A stretch of 63,129 nt of DNA, the filler included, from Octopus bimaculoides (taxonomy: Eukaryota), in NCBI RefSeq assembly GCF_001194135.2. It is 9 parts of 9 records of this genome, joined end to end, with 100 filler letters (N's around TTAATTAATTAA, not from the genome) between each part and the next. Parts side by side here need not be neighbours in the genome. Positions count along the whole stretch, not along the records: positions 20,622 to 42,190 come from NC_068997.1; positions 42,291 to 45,140 come from NC_068983.1; positions 45,241 to 53,730 come from NW_026334666.1; 6 more parts are not named here. One strand, written 5' to 3'. Each line of letters begins with the position of its first letter. The stretch's first letter is position 1. Under the pieces are notes generated by a model, which saw only the letters and a list, made by a program, of their open reading frames with translations, did not search any database and was not told the origin of the DNA. The translations under genes were made by a program, and so were the position numbers. This document shows positions 35,717 through 49,870 of this stretch, piece by piece.

Positions 35717-36599
35717 TGCAGTAGCAGCAGCAGCAGCGGTGGCAGCGGCGGCGGCAGCAGCAGTAGTTGTAGTTGTAGTAGAATGATGGTGCTGCTTTTC
35801 ATAGGAATGTNNNNNNNNNNNNNNNNNNNNNNNNNNNNNNNNNNNNNNNNNNNNNNNNNNNNNNNNNNNNNNNNNNNNNNNNNNNNNNNNNNNNNNNNNN
35901 NNNNNNNNNNNNNNNNNNNNNNNNNNNNNNNNNNNNNNNNNNNNNNNNNNNNNNNNNNNNNNNNNNNNNNNNNNNNNNNNNNNNNNNNNNNNNNNNNNNN
36001 NNNNNNNNNNNNNNNNNNNNNNNNNNNNNNNNNNNNNNNNNNNNNNNNNNNNNNNNNNNNNNNNNNNNNNNNNNNNNNNNNNNNNNNNNNNNNNNNNNNN
36101 NNNNNNNNNNNNNNNNNNNNNNNNNNNNNNNNNNNNNNNNNNNNNNNNNNNNNNCAGCAGTAGTTGTAGTTGTAGTAGAATGATGGTGCTGCTTTTCATA
36201 GGAATGTAATCAATGTTATCGATCGCCGAAGTACTTGACTGGAACCATTTTATCGATCATGTAAGCATGAACTACAAAACCGAGTTCGGCGAGATTTGAA
36301 CGCAAGAGGGTGTAATGCATCTTGTGGGACACATTTTTGTCATCCATCATCCTTTAATCAAAACAACAACAATGATTATGAATGAGGTAGTGGTGGGCAT
36401 TATAAGGACAAGTTACAAAAATGGTGGTCATTTGGGTTGAGTATAGAAAGCAAAAAAGAATAATAATACAAATATAAATGATATTTGAGGTTCATAAGGG
36501 CCAAGGTCAATCAAGAACCCTTTTGATTCTGGATTACAATGACCCTCAAAAGCAACTTCACTCCTCCATCTTAGTATCCGACCAACAGCCATATTCTGA

Positions 36600-36765
36600 G
36601 AGACGGTTTCTTAACTCAATACTCACCGCACTCACCATCCTTTCAGCACATTTACGAATGATTACCGTCTTCCTCTCTACCCTCATCTTCCTCTCCAAGT
36701 GGAAGTTGAGGACTTTGCCAAAAAGGAAAGCGTCAGTCATTAGTCCTTTCAATCTTGTCTACCAA
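36600..36765 (-). pseudogene. L1/Tx1 ORF2 C-terminal fragment
   Basis: LNFHLERKMRVERK is homologous to FKYHL*RKVRVERE at 56.6 kb. Confidence 0.55.
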
Positions 36766-38589
36766 ACTATCTCAATCGGTATAGTTTTCAGACTGAGAAA
36801 AATTGCCAGCCGAGGCGATCCTCACGACGCATGTTACTAATAGCTGGATCCGTCGCAAACGCGGCAAAAGCTGTTAGACATAGCTCCATAAGTCGACAAT
36901 ATTTGAGCACCATATACGAAATGATTTCTTTCCTATGTGTATATCACGAACAGGCATTAAGAAGCTTGTACGGTTTATCCTGAACCGGAAATGCTCCCAG
37001 TATCTGACCGCTACAGATGCCGAGTTGCAAGTTCACTTATTTCTTTCGTGCTCGTGTTACTTCATCATATTTCATTCGATTTATTCAGTATGATAAGGAC
37101 CATCTCAATTTTAGTTCCGCCAGACACCATGCTTGTGTAATCCGATACAGCCTCTGAAAACAAGAAAGAAAACAGTTTGAACTTAGAACAGTCGCTAGGT
37201 TTAGCAAGTTCCTGTTATCTCCTGTATTGCATCGTATAAAATGAAAATTACTTTGGACAGATATTCTGGGCATTATACTATCATGTGTGCTAAAAAAACT
37301 ATACTACCTAAAGCAAGGTTCAACCTTTCTCCTTGTACTTTGTAAAAAATGTTTAACTCTGCATTCATCAGAATTATTGGGTCTAAAATTACAAATGTGG
37401 TTTTCCTTGATCCTATTCAGTCCCCACTACAGAACTGGCAAACACTTCCAACAGTAAACTATTACATTTACACCTCTTTCAGTCGGACAACTTTTTTGTA
37501 GTTGGATGATAAGTCGATGGCTTTTGACAGGGACAACAACACTTATGTCCAGTAGGTGACTGGGAAGGAAAGACCATTGCATTAGAATAAGAACTAAACT
37601 CGTCTGTGAATCTGAAGATGAGCGTTTCTCAAAGGCACGTTGATAAGGTGAAAAGTCAGCCACTTACCATTATTGCAATAGTCATACTAGGAACTAGAAT
37701 CAATAGTTTCCACTGCGGAGTACGGAACCCAAAAGTTGTTGACTAAAACCATGGTACGTAGCAATTTTAAGACATTTTGCAGCCAAATCTTTATATTTTC
37801 AAAGAAAAGATTCGCATTACATGAAAAGGTTTAGAATACCAATCGAATCAATAAAAAAGAGCTTCTGAAAATGTTCAGACCATTTTTGTTATGAAATATA
37901 TATTAGAATTAATGCTGAGAGCTAATATTTATCCCCTCTTGAACGTGAATGTTCTAGTGGAAAAAAATTATACTACGGTAGATACCATAAGAGGAAATCT
38001 CATATTGGCTTTTGGTGCAAAATGCATTCTTGTTTATATCACTAGCGGGGAAATAAATCTGCGCAACCGCCAGCGCTGAGACCACCAGATCACGTGATTT
38101 CGACCTTCTTTCGTTGTATCAATGTTACGATAGCTGAAACGATGACATAAAAAATGAGGTTACACTTTGACGAGGTTAATTATTTTGTACGTGTATAGAA
38201 AGAGAGTAAAAATCACCAAACGAAACAAAACCAATACAAACCATAGACTATTTACGGATCAGTCAGTTGATATATCTTTTATCTTTCACTTGTTTCAGTC
38301 ACTGAACTACGACCATACTGGAGTACTGCCTTTTTTGGGGGAGGGGGGGGGTCAAGGAATCGATTCCATATACATACTTTTTAAGTCTGGTTTCTATCGG
38401 TCTCTTCTGCCGAACCGCTAGCTTACGGGTAGCATAAACAAACACAAAAACATATGCACATAGTTACATGCACACATGTACACATTCACACACATGTACA
38501 CATACACATACATACAGCTGTGCCTGGGTCTATAAAAATCAGGATCTCAAAACAAACATACAAAAAAAGAAAAAATGAAATAAGCTTCT

Positions 38590-39290
38590 GAATTGGTTTG
38601 CAAGTTGATGAATTTATTGATTCTAACATTTGTAATAAATCAAAGAGGCCAACTCGTAAATCAGTTGTTTTTATCTTTGCTGCTGTAAAGAAATGTCACG
38701 CACTTCAAGGGGTCAATGTGTGTTTGATATTTCATCCGTCTACCTCGAAAAACACATTTTCATGGAAGCCAAGCGTTAGAATTTGCACTAAAGGGGCTTT
38801 ATCCATGGATGGATGAAAGGGTTTGCATTGCTCGTAAAACAGCAAATTTATAACATTATTGAGACGCACCGATTTCTATATGGAGGTACTCGTTTCACAA
38901 ACATTAGCAACTGCATTTAAAAAAGAAGTACAGATTAAGATATTGAAATGGTTAATTTCATTAAAAGTTAAACATTGAAGTCACGCTTATTTGGATAAAT
39001 TTCCATTGCTTTGGTTTCCTAGCATGGCGCCTTCTTTTTACACAGAAGTTAGATGGCTGTCGAAAGGTAAAATGCTATGCTGTAGACTTAGGCTTCAGAA
39101 ATATTTGTTTGCGTTTTCTGAAGGAGCGAGACTTGAAGGTTTTTTATGAATACCTTCGACGTCAAATTTGGATTTCTCGACTGGAATATTTAAGAGGGAT
39201 ATTGGCACATATGAACAGTGTAAACACAAGCATTCAAGATAAACATGAAAGTATTTCAAATTTAACAAATAAAATCTGATTCCATTTCAG
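38590..39290 (+). pseudogene. hAT (Charlie/ZBED8-like) transposase catalytic-domain remnant
   Basis: QVDEFID (QLDESTD), ICTKGALSMDG (CTDGA.AM.G), ETH.F, FYTEVRWLSKGKML. Confidence 0.85.
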
Positions 39291-39309
39291 AAAAACAAAA
39301 ATAAACAGT

Positions 39310-39420
39310 AGGTATGGCTGTGTGGTAAAAAGCTTGTTTCCTTACTACATGGTTCCGGGTTCAGTCCAACTCTGCGTGGCAATTTGGGCGAGTGTCTTCT
39401 ACAATAGTTTCTGGACGATC
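39310..39420 (+). mobile_element. tRNA/CORE-like SINE family 2, 5' part
   Basis: ggctgtgtggtaa..ggttcagtcc..gtggcaatttgggcgagtgtcttctac; the ttggg(c)aagtg motif resembles the CORE domain. Confidence 0.75.
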
Positions 39421-39771
39421 AAATTTGTATCTATCATCATTTTTAAATATATATACTTTTTTTGATACATTTTATGACTTGATGCATAAAATATGCAAAA
39501 TATGCAACATACCATTGTAAAAAAAAAAAGAATGTTAAGAGCTACAAATTTACTGGAGGAAGTAATCTAACCTCTTATCCTGGGCTTCTGAAATCCCATT
39601 AAAAGTAATTTAGCCGCTGCTTATTTGAATATTCTCATCATACGTGGAAATTTATGGCGGAGGATCAGATCATACATCCTATTCTCTATTTTTTAAATCC
39701 TGCTTTTAAATACCCATACATACATACATATACACACATGTGTTTGTGTGTGTGTGTGTGTGTGCCTATGT

Positions 39772-40145
39772 GGGCGCAGGCGTGGATGTGTAGTAAGAAG
39801 TTTACCTTCGAACCACATGGTTCCGCGTTCAGTCAACTGTGTGGCAACCTTGGGCGATTGTCTTCTACTATAGCCCTGGCTGGACGAAGTACTTATGAGT
39901 GGATTTAGTAGACAGAAACTGAAAAAAAAAAAAAAAAATCCATCGTATAATGTTTGTATATTTGTGTTTACTCCCTCCTCACTTGGCAACCGTTGTTGGT
40001 TTGTTTATGTCTATGTAATGTGGCGGTCCGACAAAAGAAACTGATAGAATAAGAACCAAACTGAAAAATAAGGACTGGAATCGACACGTTCGGTTAAAAC
40101 TTATTCAAGGCAGTGCCTCAGCATGGCTGCAGGCCAATGACAAAG
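39772..40145 (+). mobile_element. SINE family 2, near full length
   Basis: Head, CORE-like motif and 3' ..cagcatggctgcag match 43301-44030. Confidence 0.8.
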
Positions 40146-41149
40146 ATGTATACACACATACACACACACTCACGTACACACGCGCATATACATCAAGTGA
40201 TGTACAAACCTCTGACGAGAACGTAACAAGTTTCGAAAATCGATTAAGGCTGTTGATCATTTTTTTCAATCCACTGAAAAATAGTTAAAATTGTCGTGCT
40301 TGTTTGTATATTTACCACGTAGGTTCACATATATCATACGTTGAAACTGTATGGATTAAGATCCCCATTGACAGACCATTGATATTAGATAAAGTGCAAA
40401 ATACGTGTGGTATGCAAATTAGTAACTCCGGCTCCCTAAAGCTACTGGATGTGTTGTGTATATAAACAGATTGGCTACATGCTTCTCTATCATTGATCAA
40501 GTGGTGTAGACATTAATGATGAAAACCTGAAACAGTTTGAAATTCAATTTAGATTGTTCATAATTTTTCGTAATCTACGGAGAAGTAATTAAATTTCCTA
40601 TGTTTGTATGTCTACTATGTAGCATTATATATGTATGTATATATTTATATATGAACAATTGTGGAATTTTAGGTTTTAAATATTAAAGATTCAGAATTTG
40701 CGAAAAAAATATTTTTCTGACAAAGATGTCTTCAGACGCATTTTTTCTTTTTTCTGTTTATTTCTTTATTTTTATTTGTCTATTTTATGTCTTTACTTTT
40801 TTTGGCAAAAAAGTAAAGGAATAAAACATATAAGATTCGTATCTGCTATGTTAATGTCTCAATTGTTTTATGGCAGTTCAAAATGGCTATTCAGTGAATT
40901 AAGCAATTCAGCGACCAATACTATTGGGTGGATCTTACAAACGAACTACATTATTGCTGATGACAAGCTATGCGTTTGTTCATGAATGTCATTGTTACAA
41001 TCTCAAATTTATTTTGATGGTGTTATCTAGTGATGCTCAAATGAAAAAAGACAGTTCCTGTGAGAAGCAACACATTTTGTTTAAAAATCTAAATTGACAA
41101 TGTCCATTGTATTTGGAATATTATTAGACTGCGTATGTGAAGTTGCAGT

Positions 41150-41590
41150 GATGTGTTCTATGACACTGGAAGGTTATAGGACTGAAGGGGCAATTTACTG
41201 GTCTTATCTTTGTTGCGATATTTGTTTCACAGGAATCTTACGAAACAGAATATTATTCGGTGATTGTAACAACTGAGCTCAAATTGATGAAAGCTTACTT
41301 CTCAAGCGCAAAAATCATTTTGGCAGCGTCGTTAAACAATTTTGGATTCTTAAATTTTAGATAACAACAAAAAGTTTATCACCAACATGTGAGTAATTGC
41401 ACTGCAGTGACCTTAGGAACTTCGATTATTGATACACCACACGATAAGTGCCAAAGTTGTAATAAGCTGCCCAAACTTTCTAATATCCATGGAATTGCTA
41501 ATCATTCCAATTATTTTGTGAGTCCTGCCATTCATGATTGCTTTCAATATTGCTTGGCAATCTATCACATTTCTATTTTTCGTAATATTG
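41150..41590 (+). pseudogene. Merlin (IS1595/ISXO2-like) transposase remnant
   Basis: YWSYLCCDIC..AQIDESLL.KRKNHFG..GTSII..NHSNYFVSP follows the Merlin order DW.NFCRE.C, V.IDES.F.KRKY.RG, PG..I.SD.W, NHS..FVDP. Confidence 0.7.
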
Positions 41591-42140
41591 AAACTTTCTT
41601 AGGATCAATTAGCAACATAAATATAATGTACTGAAGCTGGATATCAGCAATATTTTTACATCTGGCTTCAATAATTTGTATTCTTTGCATAATACATGCT
41701 TTGAAATTGTCTATTAATTTTTCTTTTTCTTTTTTTTTTAATAACTAAAGTCAACATTTTCTAACTAAAGAGTTTTTGATAATATTTTAGAAAAAATAGT
41801 TTTGCATTTCTGTGATGAATATATATTCGAAAATATATACTATTGCTAATACAAATACAAAAAAAAAAAAAAAAAAAAAAAAAAAAGAAAACAAAAAAAA
41901 AACAGGGTCAAATATGAAAAAAGTGTGGGTGTATGGTCTCGCAATTTTTATTTCTAATGTTTTTCTCAGTCGTGTTTGAAAATTTTCAGTAGAGAAACTA
42001 ATGAACTTCGGTAATTTTGAAGAGGTAGTTTCTTTTGCAATCTTCTTTCTTTGTTTCTAATAACAAGAGGGTTCAATAATCACGGAGTACTGTAAACACG
42101 TCTTGTATTGGAATATTAATAATAATAATGATGATAATAA

Positions 42141-42190
<50 letters not shown>

Positions 42191-42354
42191 NNNNNNNNNN
42201 NNNNNNNNNNNNNNNNNNNNNNNNNNNNNNNNNNTTAATTAATTAANNNNNNNNNNNNNNNNNNNNNNNNNNNNNNNNNNNNNNNNNNNNTATATATATA
42301 TATATATATATATAGATCTATCTATCTCTCTCTCTATATATATATAGACTGTCT

Positions 42355-42575
42355 TATTTGTGTTACCTATTTTGACACTCCGCAAAAATCCCAAATTGTA
42401 ATTAAAATGCTTTGCGGAAGCAACTGTTTCATCGAAAGCGTATATTGTTGTTAAATGCTCGAAATACGAAACTAGAAAACCAGCCAACAACTGATGAAGG
42501 GTCGTTCTTTACGTTTTTTTTTTTTTTGTTTTTCCATTTGTCTTTCGTTGTTCGAAAGAAAGTTCATATATATAC
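42355..42575 (+). repeat. Dispersed repeat, homolog of 135-352
   Basis: See 135-352. Confidence 0.75.
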
Positions 42576-43300
42576 GTGAAAAATTAATGAAAACGTCACA
42601 GTGTACTTGTAATGAGGTGTAAAAAAAAAACCCAACGTTTAGGAGAGAGTTCATTTTCAGAGAAAAGTTGGAAATAGAGAAATTAACGAGTGGCAGCAAT
42701 GTTTTACATGCTCTAAGTTTAAAAATCTGGCATTAATTTGCTGTCTATGTACACTTCATGTACGGACAATGTCGATAGCCCAGCTTGTGCAGTGTTTGTC
42801 TCCAGATAATATTGCTTTTGGGATCTGCTGTGTTAAAAACGCAATAAACATCAGAGAGGCAGACAAAATTCGTCCCAGCAGTGGCTAGCAAGTACGTTAG
42901 ATTCATCACGGCCCTTTTGGTTCTTTGGCGGTTTTTTTCAGTGGCGCTTGCTCACAGACAGTCCCATTCTCGGACGAGGATTCGTCATCCCTGATATAAG
43001 ATAAAGTGAATAAAATATTTATTGATTTTGCGAATAGCTGCCCAGCTGATTAAAAATCCGGTCAGAGGAACTGATGCATCATTAAATTAAAATGGTCATC
43101 TATATATATTATAGTTAATGTATATATACTGATGACAAGGCATTTACCGGCCTGATTCACCCTTCCTGGTATAGGAAAATGTGAGACAATAGATGGGTTT
43201 GAGGAAGGGAGCATGAAGAGTGAGATGACTAGGTGAAAGGATGAAGAGAAGAGACAGAGAGGAATAGAAACTGAATGTGGAGCTGTTCGTAAAGGGTCTT

Positions 43301-44030
<730 letters not shown>

Positions 44031-44837
44031 ATAAAAGAATACCAGAAGGGGGAAACAAAAGAACAAATTTATGGGACACGTGGTCAACGATCGAATGCCA
44101 GCTTATCAATATATTTGAAGAGACTTAAAGAATTTCTCTAGAACATATTTGTAAATTTATGCAGATGATATATATGCAGATTCATTGATTTAAAACTACT
44201 TAAAATATTATTAAAAAATGAAACTAATTTAGAGTTATTAAAGATAATTTAAATAATTAATATGCTTAAATTTTTAAACATAAAGTTTAAAATGTAATTT
44301 AATGCTATTTAAAATTATTAAAATGTCTTAGGAAAAAAAAACATTATTTATTTTCGACTGTGTAAAATGATTGATCAACAATGCTATTAGATAATATGGA
44401 AGCCTTTAAAGATATGATGAAAGTTACTTATGAGAGAAACATTTATAGTTTAATGGCATAAGGAAATTTTTAAAAAAAAAGCAGAACGGGTGAAGGGCAA
44501 ATAATTGAAATTAAACTGCATCTAGAAATAAAAGTGAAGTTGCTAGGTAACATAATGTGGATGTGAAAGATATAGAAGTACGATAAAAATAGATTAGGGT
44601 GGTGGTAGTGGTGATGATGATGGTGAGTATGATGGTGCTGGTGGTGGTGGTGTTGGTAAAATTGGCAGTCGATTTTCCGACTGAAACCAAGAAAACTATA
44701 TTTCTGTCGGTTTTTGCCAATTACTGACACTATTAATGATGATAATAATAATAAAGATGATGAAGATGATAATAATGATAATAATGATGATGATAATGAT
44801 GATAATAATAGTAATAATAATAATGATAATGATAATA

Positions 44838-45140
44838 AATCATATTATCTCTGGCTGCCCAGTCCTGGCTAAGAAGGAATATATTCACAGACACGACAGA
44901 GCTGGGACCTATATACACTAGAAGCTATGCCAACATTATGGAATAACAACAGAAAAAAGATGGTATAAACACACGCCAGAAAAGGTCACAGAAAACGAGA
45001 AAGCAACCATACTCTGGGATATGCCAATACACACAGATAGAGAAATTAAGGCAAATAGACCAGATATAGTTGTCAAAGATCATGAAGAAAAAAAATGCTT
45101 TCTAATTGATGTATCAATACCAGCAGATGACAACGTTTTT
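44838..45140 (+). mobile_element. R4/Dong-type LINE RLE fragment, 5' end fused to (ATA/ATG)n
   Basis: HIISGCPVLAKKEYIHRHD..ILWDMPIHTDREIKANRPDIVVKD..LIDVSIP; cut by a gap. Confidence 0.92.
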
Positions 45141-45319
45141 NNNNNNNNNNNNNNNNNNNNNNNNNNNNNNNNNNNNNNNNNNNNTTAATTAATTAANNNN
45201 NNNNNNNNNNNNNNNNNNNNNNNNNNNNNNNNNNNNNNNNTATATATATATATATGCATGTATATATGTATGTATAATGTATACATAGGTATATGTATAT
45301 ATATATTGATAGATAGATG

Positions 45320-46340
45320 TGTAGTGAACACTTCTATCACTAGTATATATATTAACAGGCAAGCGTAGTAGAAAGCAACTCATTCCCTATCATCACCTGA
45401 CTGACTTATTTGAGCGGCAACTGTCTCCACTCCATTTGCCGCCAGGACGCAAATCGACCAACCACAGCCCCTAATAAGGTCACGTGAGAGTGTTTCTTCT
45501 AATGCTTTCCTGGAGCCCCTATTTTCCTATAAATAGACTAAATTATACCCGTCAATTCGTCGCGGCTCAGATCTTAGATCTGATCGTTCTGACCACACAC
45601 GCGTAACACAGCACCAACCAACCAGCCAGTTTCCAGCGACGACATCAACAACCACTTCAACTACGAACTACAAGCATCGCCCCCGACGTCGCCAGCAGCA
45701 ACACGACTCTACGACTACCAGCATTGCCGCCAGCGTCAATATGACTCTACACGTACACAAGCTACCAACAGCTAACCGCAGCTTTTCAGCCCTGTTTGTG
45801 TGAATCACCTCACCACGAAATTAACAGCCAGAATTCAGCCCGCGAAGAACATCTGTATTCAAGAACCCGGCCGGGCATAGAAGCCCTAACATCACGACGA
45901 GTGATCGCTCTGCCCTAACGCTTTAACTTCTTATATACAGACACTTACCACTGTGTACTCTAAGAACTGGTATAGTTCCTTAAACGTGTTACTGACTCTA
46001 TTCAATACTATGTATCTCTCGCATTCACATACATGTATTACTCGCACAGACTCTCTTGTATACATGACGGCCTGTCTTTAATGTGTTTTATTATGTCGCA
46101 TTCACACACACACAGACATACGGTTTAATGCTACAATAAATCTTGCTGTTAATCATCTTCATCGGTTGAGTCATCTTCTATTTTTTATCCTACTGGCATT
46201 TACGAATTCTCTATGTTATAGTATAATAATATATTTAATCATTTTATATTTTGTGGCGACCGTGTGACGCGTTTAAAAAAAGGAGTCTGTTTTTCCATTC
46301 GTCACCATTTCTCCTTTTGGTTCGCACGGTCGTTCTTACA
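45320..46340 (+). mobile_element. Solo LTR, subfamily A (1021 bp), Gypsy-like
   Basis: tgtagtgaac...ttaca with exact 4-bp TSD GATG (45316-19 / 46341-44). GTCACGTGA 45479, TATAAATA 45528, AATAAA and 3' hairpin present. Confidence 0.92.
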
Positions 46341-46372
46341 GATGTATATATATATACATATACATACACAGA

Positions 46373-46412
<40 letters not shown>

Positions 46413-47251
46413 NNNNNNNNNNNNNNNNNNNNNNNNNNNNNNNNNNNNNNNNNNNNNNNNNNNNNNNNNNNNNNNNNNNNNNNNNNNNNNNNNNNNNNNN
46501 NNNNNNNNNNNNNNNNNNNNNNNNNNNNNNNNNNNNNNNNNNNNNNNNNNNNNNNNNNNNNNNNNNNNNNNNNNNNNNNNNNNNNNNNNNNNNNNNNNNN
46601 NNNNNNNNNNNNNNNNNNNNNNNNNNNNNNNNNNNNNNNNNNNNNNNNNNNNNNNNNNNNNNNNNNNNNNNNNNNNNNNNNNNNNNNNNNNNNNNNNNNN
46701 NNNNNNNNNNNNNNNNNNNNNNNNNNNNNNNNNNNNNNNNNNNNNNNNNNNNNNNNNNNNNNNNNNNNNNNNNNNNNNNNNNNNNNNNNNNNNNNNNNNN
46801 NNNNNNNNNNNNNNNNNNNNNNNNNNNNNNNNNNNNNNNNNNNNNNNNNNNNNNNNNNNNNNNNNNNNNNNNNNNNNNNNNNNNNNNNNNNNNNNNNNNN
46901 NNNNNNNNNNNNNNNNNNNNNNNNNNNNNNNNNNNNNNNNNNNNNNNNNNNNNNNNNNNNNNNNNNNNNNNNNNNNNNNNNNNNNNNNNNNNNNNNNNNN
47001 NNNNNNNNNNNNNNNNNNNNNNNNNNNNNNNNNNNNNNNNNNNNNNNNNNNNNNNNNNNNNNNNNNNNNNNNNNNNNNNNNNNNNNNNNNNNNNNNNNNN
47101 NNNNNNNNNNNNNNNNNNNNNNNNNNNNNNNNNNNNNNNNNNNNNNNNNNNNNNNNNNNNNNNNNNNNNNNNNNNNNNNNNNNNNNNNNNNNNNNNNNNN
47201 NNNNNNNNNNNNNNNNNNNNNNNNNNNNNNNNNNNNNNNNNNNNNNNNNNN

Positions 47252-47396
47252 AATCCTAATCCTAACCCTAAACACGTATTCATTTGCACACGCGGGTTAG
47301 GGATAAGGTTAGGGATAGGGTTAGGATCGACCACTCAAGACTAGCTAGCGCGGACGCGCGACTGCGCGTTCGGGTCCGTGCTGGTTTAGTAGTACC
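47252..47396. repeat. Degenerate telomere-like hexamers in inverted orientation plus GC hairpin, probably a DNA-transposon end
   Basis: cctaatcctaaccctaa ... gggttagggataaggttagggatagggttagg, then gacgcgc-gact-gcgcgtt and terminal tagtagtacc. Confidence 0.45.
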
Positions 47397-47500
47397 ATAT
47401 ATATATATATATACATCTATATATGTTTCACTGAAGCCATACATACATACATACATTCAGAACCTCTCTCTCTCTCTCACACATATATATATACATATAA

Positions 47501-47533
<33 letters not shown>

Positions 47534-48319
47534 AAAGAATTTATCAAGTAGTCAGCGTGAAAAAAACCTCATAATGAAAAAAATTTATCATTTTTTTCAT
47601 AAATATATATAATTTATATAAAGGGCATTAACTGTGTAGTAATGCCTCACGCTTCGAGGGACTAAATAAGTCAAAAACTACCAAAAAATAAGCAACATAT
47701 TTACCGAAAGCGAGGGAATGCAGCTTTCAAAATTTATCTCTTAAAAACATTTAACTTAACGGTAAACCACTGGTTTCTCAATCAATACAGAATAACTGTG
47801 AAGTAACCTGCATCTTTTGTTCTTCAGTACACGTATGGTCGAGATACATAAAAATAAACAAGAATCAACATACCACGATGTACCCAACACAGTACAATGA
47901 CTTCGGTTCATAATTATATATCCGTGAAAGAGATTTGAATTTATCCGGTTGCATCTCAGTAACATGTGCTTATACAGAATAATATTCAGCACTGAATATA
48001 TTCTAATTATTTATAATATAATATAGGATAAAATCTTTATAAGAATTTATCAAGTAGTCAGCGTAACGATATCGAAATGTTAAAGTCGGAGATTACCAAT
48101 TGTAACGATTAATGTTTTTGTGTTGTGTAGTCGATGTGTCACCAATTGTAACGATAAGTATTATTTAGCAATTGTAACAGGTTATATATACATATCTACA
48201 TGAATACATGTGCTTTAAGAAGTTATAGACATATCGAAAGATTACCAATCTTTACAGACACTCAATCTACAGGATCTAAACGATTATTTGTTTAAAGTTT
48301 CATTAAAAAGTATCCATTA

Positions 48320-48860
48320 TTCTAGAAATTATGAGGCAACAAAGTCGGAGGGGTATACATCTGTAGTTATGCCATTCTTTTAATGACATGTTCTATAAAT
48401 TACCTTTCAGTGAGTAGATTATGATTATATGAAAAGAAAATTTGATGAGCTCATACACATACATACTAATACACGTCACATATACCTTACAAAATGAAAC
48501 TTGAAATTTAAAAAAATAATTGTCAATATGCGTGTGTGCTCACCATTTTTTTTTTCACATCAAATTTCGATATAATCGTAAGACATGAAACAATGCTCAT
48601 AATTTACATACTCTGAAAAGTATTTGTAGAAAATTTCATTAAAAAAATATCTTTTTCTGAAAGTTATAAGGACACAAACCCAACCCATGTGAACTTTCGA
48701 AACTCCTTTTCCCACCCACAGAAAAACTATTTTCACAACAAATTCCGATAATCGGAATCTACACCATCTGACGCGTATTTGTAGAAAATCTCAATTAAAA
48801 CATTAAAATTTTTCTGGAAATTATGAGGAAACAAAGTCGAAAGAGGGGAGGCACACATAT
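48320..48860. mobile_element. Fragments related to the 49871-50841 foldback TIR
   Basis: Contains the TIR end ctgtagttatgcc (~48361-73) and repeated tatttgtagaaaatttcattaaa..tttttctg(a/g)aa(g/a)ttat modules. Confidence 0.6.
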
Positions 48861-49870
48861 AGAAAATCCAACTACTAAATACATACATACACAACTATAC
48901 ATACATGCACAAAATATACATGAACATAAGCGATTCGTAAAACAAATGTGTATTTTGTTTGTGTGTGTGTGTGTGTGTGTGTGTGCGTGCGCGAGCGCGA
49001 CGATAAAGAGAGGAGAGAGTGAGTGAAGGGGTGTGTTGTCATGAATACGTGCATACATAAGTATATATATCTGTTTTTGTATGTATGTGTATGAGAGGGA
49101 GAGCGAGTGCCACTTAGACATACATGCGAACACGCATCTTCACTCACGCACTGTCTCTCTCACACACGCACACATACAAACAAAAAAGATGTGTCATCCT
49201 TTGCTTTCACTTTACGCACCAATAATGGCAAAAGCTATGTTGTCAATGATTCGGCCCTACAGAACATTTGCTATGTAATGTAATGGTTGGTTTATTTCCA
49301 ATAAAAGACGGTTGTCAAGCATACGTTTATTTATTTTTTTTTTGTTAATGTTTACATAACCTTTTTTAATGATAATATTGTCGTCACCTGTTTAAAATTA
49401 GTTACAGCATTTTAATTTTTGATATCCTGAGAACAGTGGATCTTTGCGTCCCGAATTCAAATGCTACCGAAGTTAACTTTGCTTTTCATTTTTTCGGGGT
49501 GGATAAAATCAAGTACCAGACAAGTACTGAGATTGATGCAATCGACCAACCCTTTTTTTCTATTTTCCTTTCTTTTCCATTTTTATTTGTGGTTATTGAA
49601 TTAAACAGATACTGGTACAAATCCATGGATAAAATAAACTGCAATATTGTTTTTACAGCCTCACAGGTATAGATGTACTTAAAAACCAAAGATCGCCTCA
49701 ATAATTTTTTTATAATTTCGTTAAAAGAAGATGGGACAAATCTCTATTACTTTTACCTCATGAATAGAACTTCAATACAGTTGCTGAATCGGCTAGAAAC
49801 AGCAGTCAATCCCACATTGTAAACAACAAACACAAAAGCAAAATAATTTCATTACAACTGCATAAAAGCG

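Noticed and set aside
35758-36207. 53-bp direct repeat on both sides of a gap
   Set aside because: Most simply a contig-overlap artefact across the N gap.
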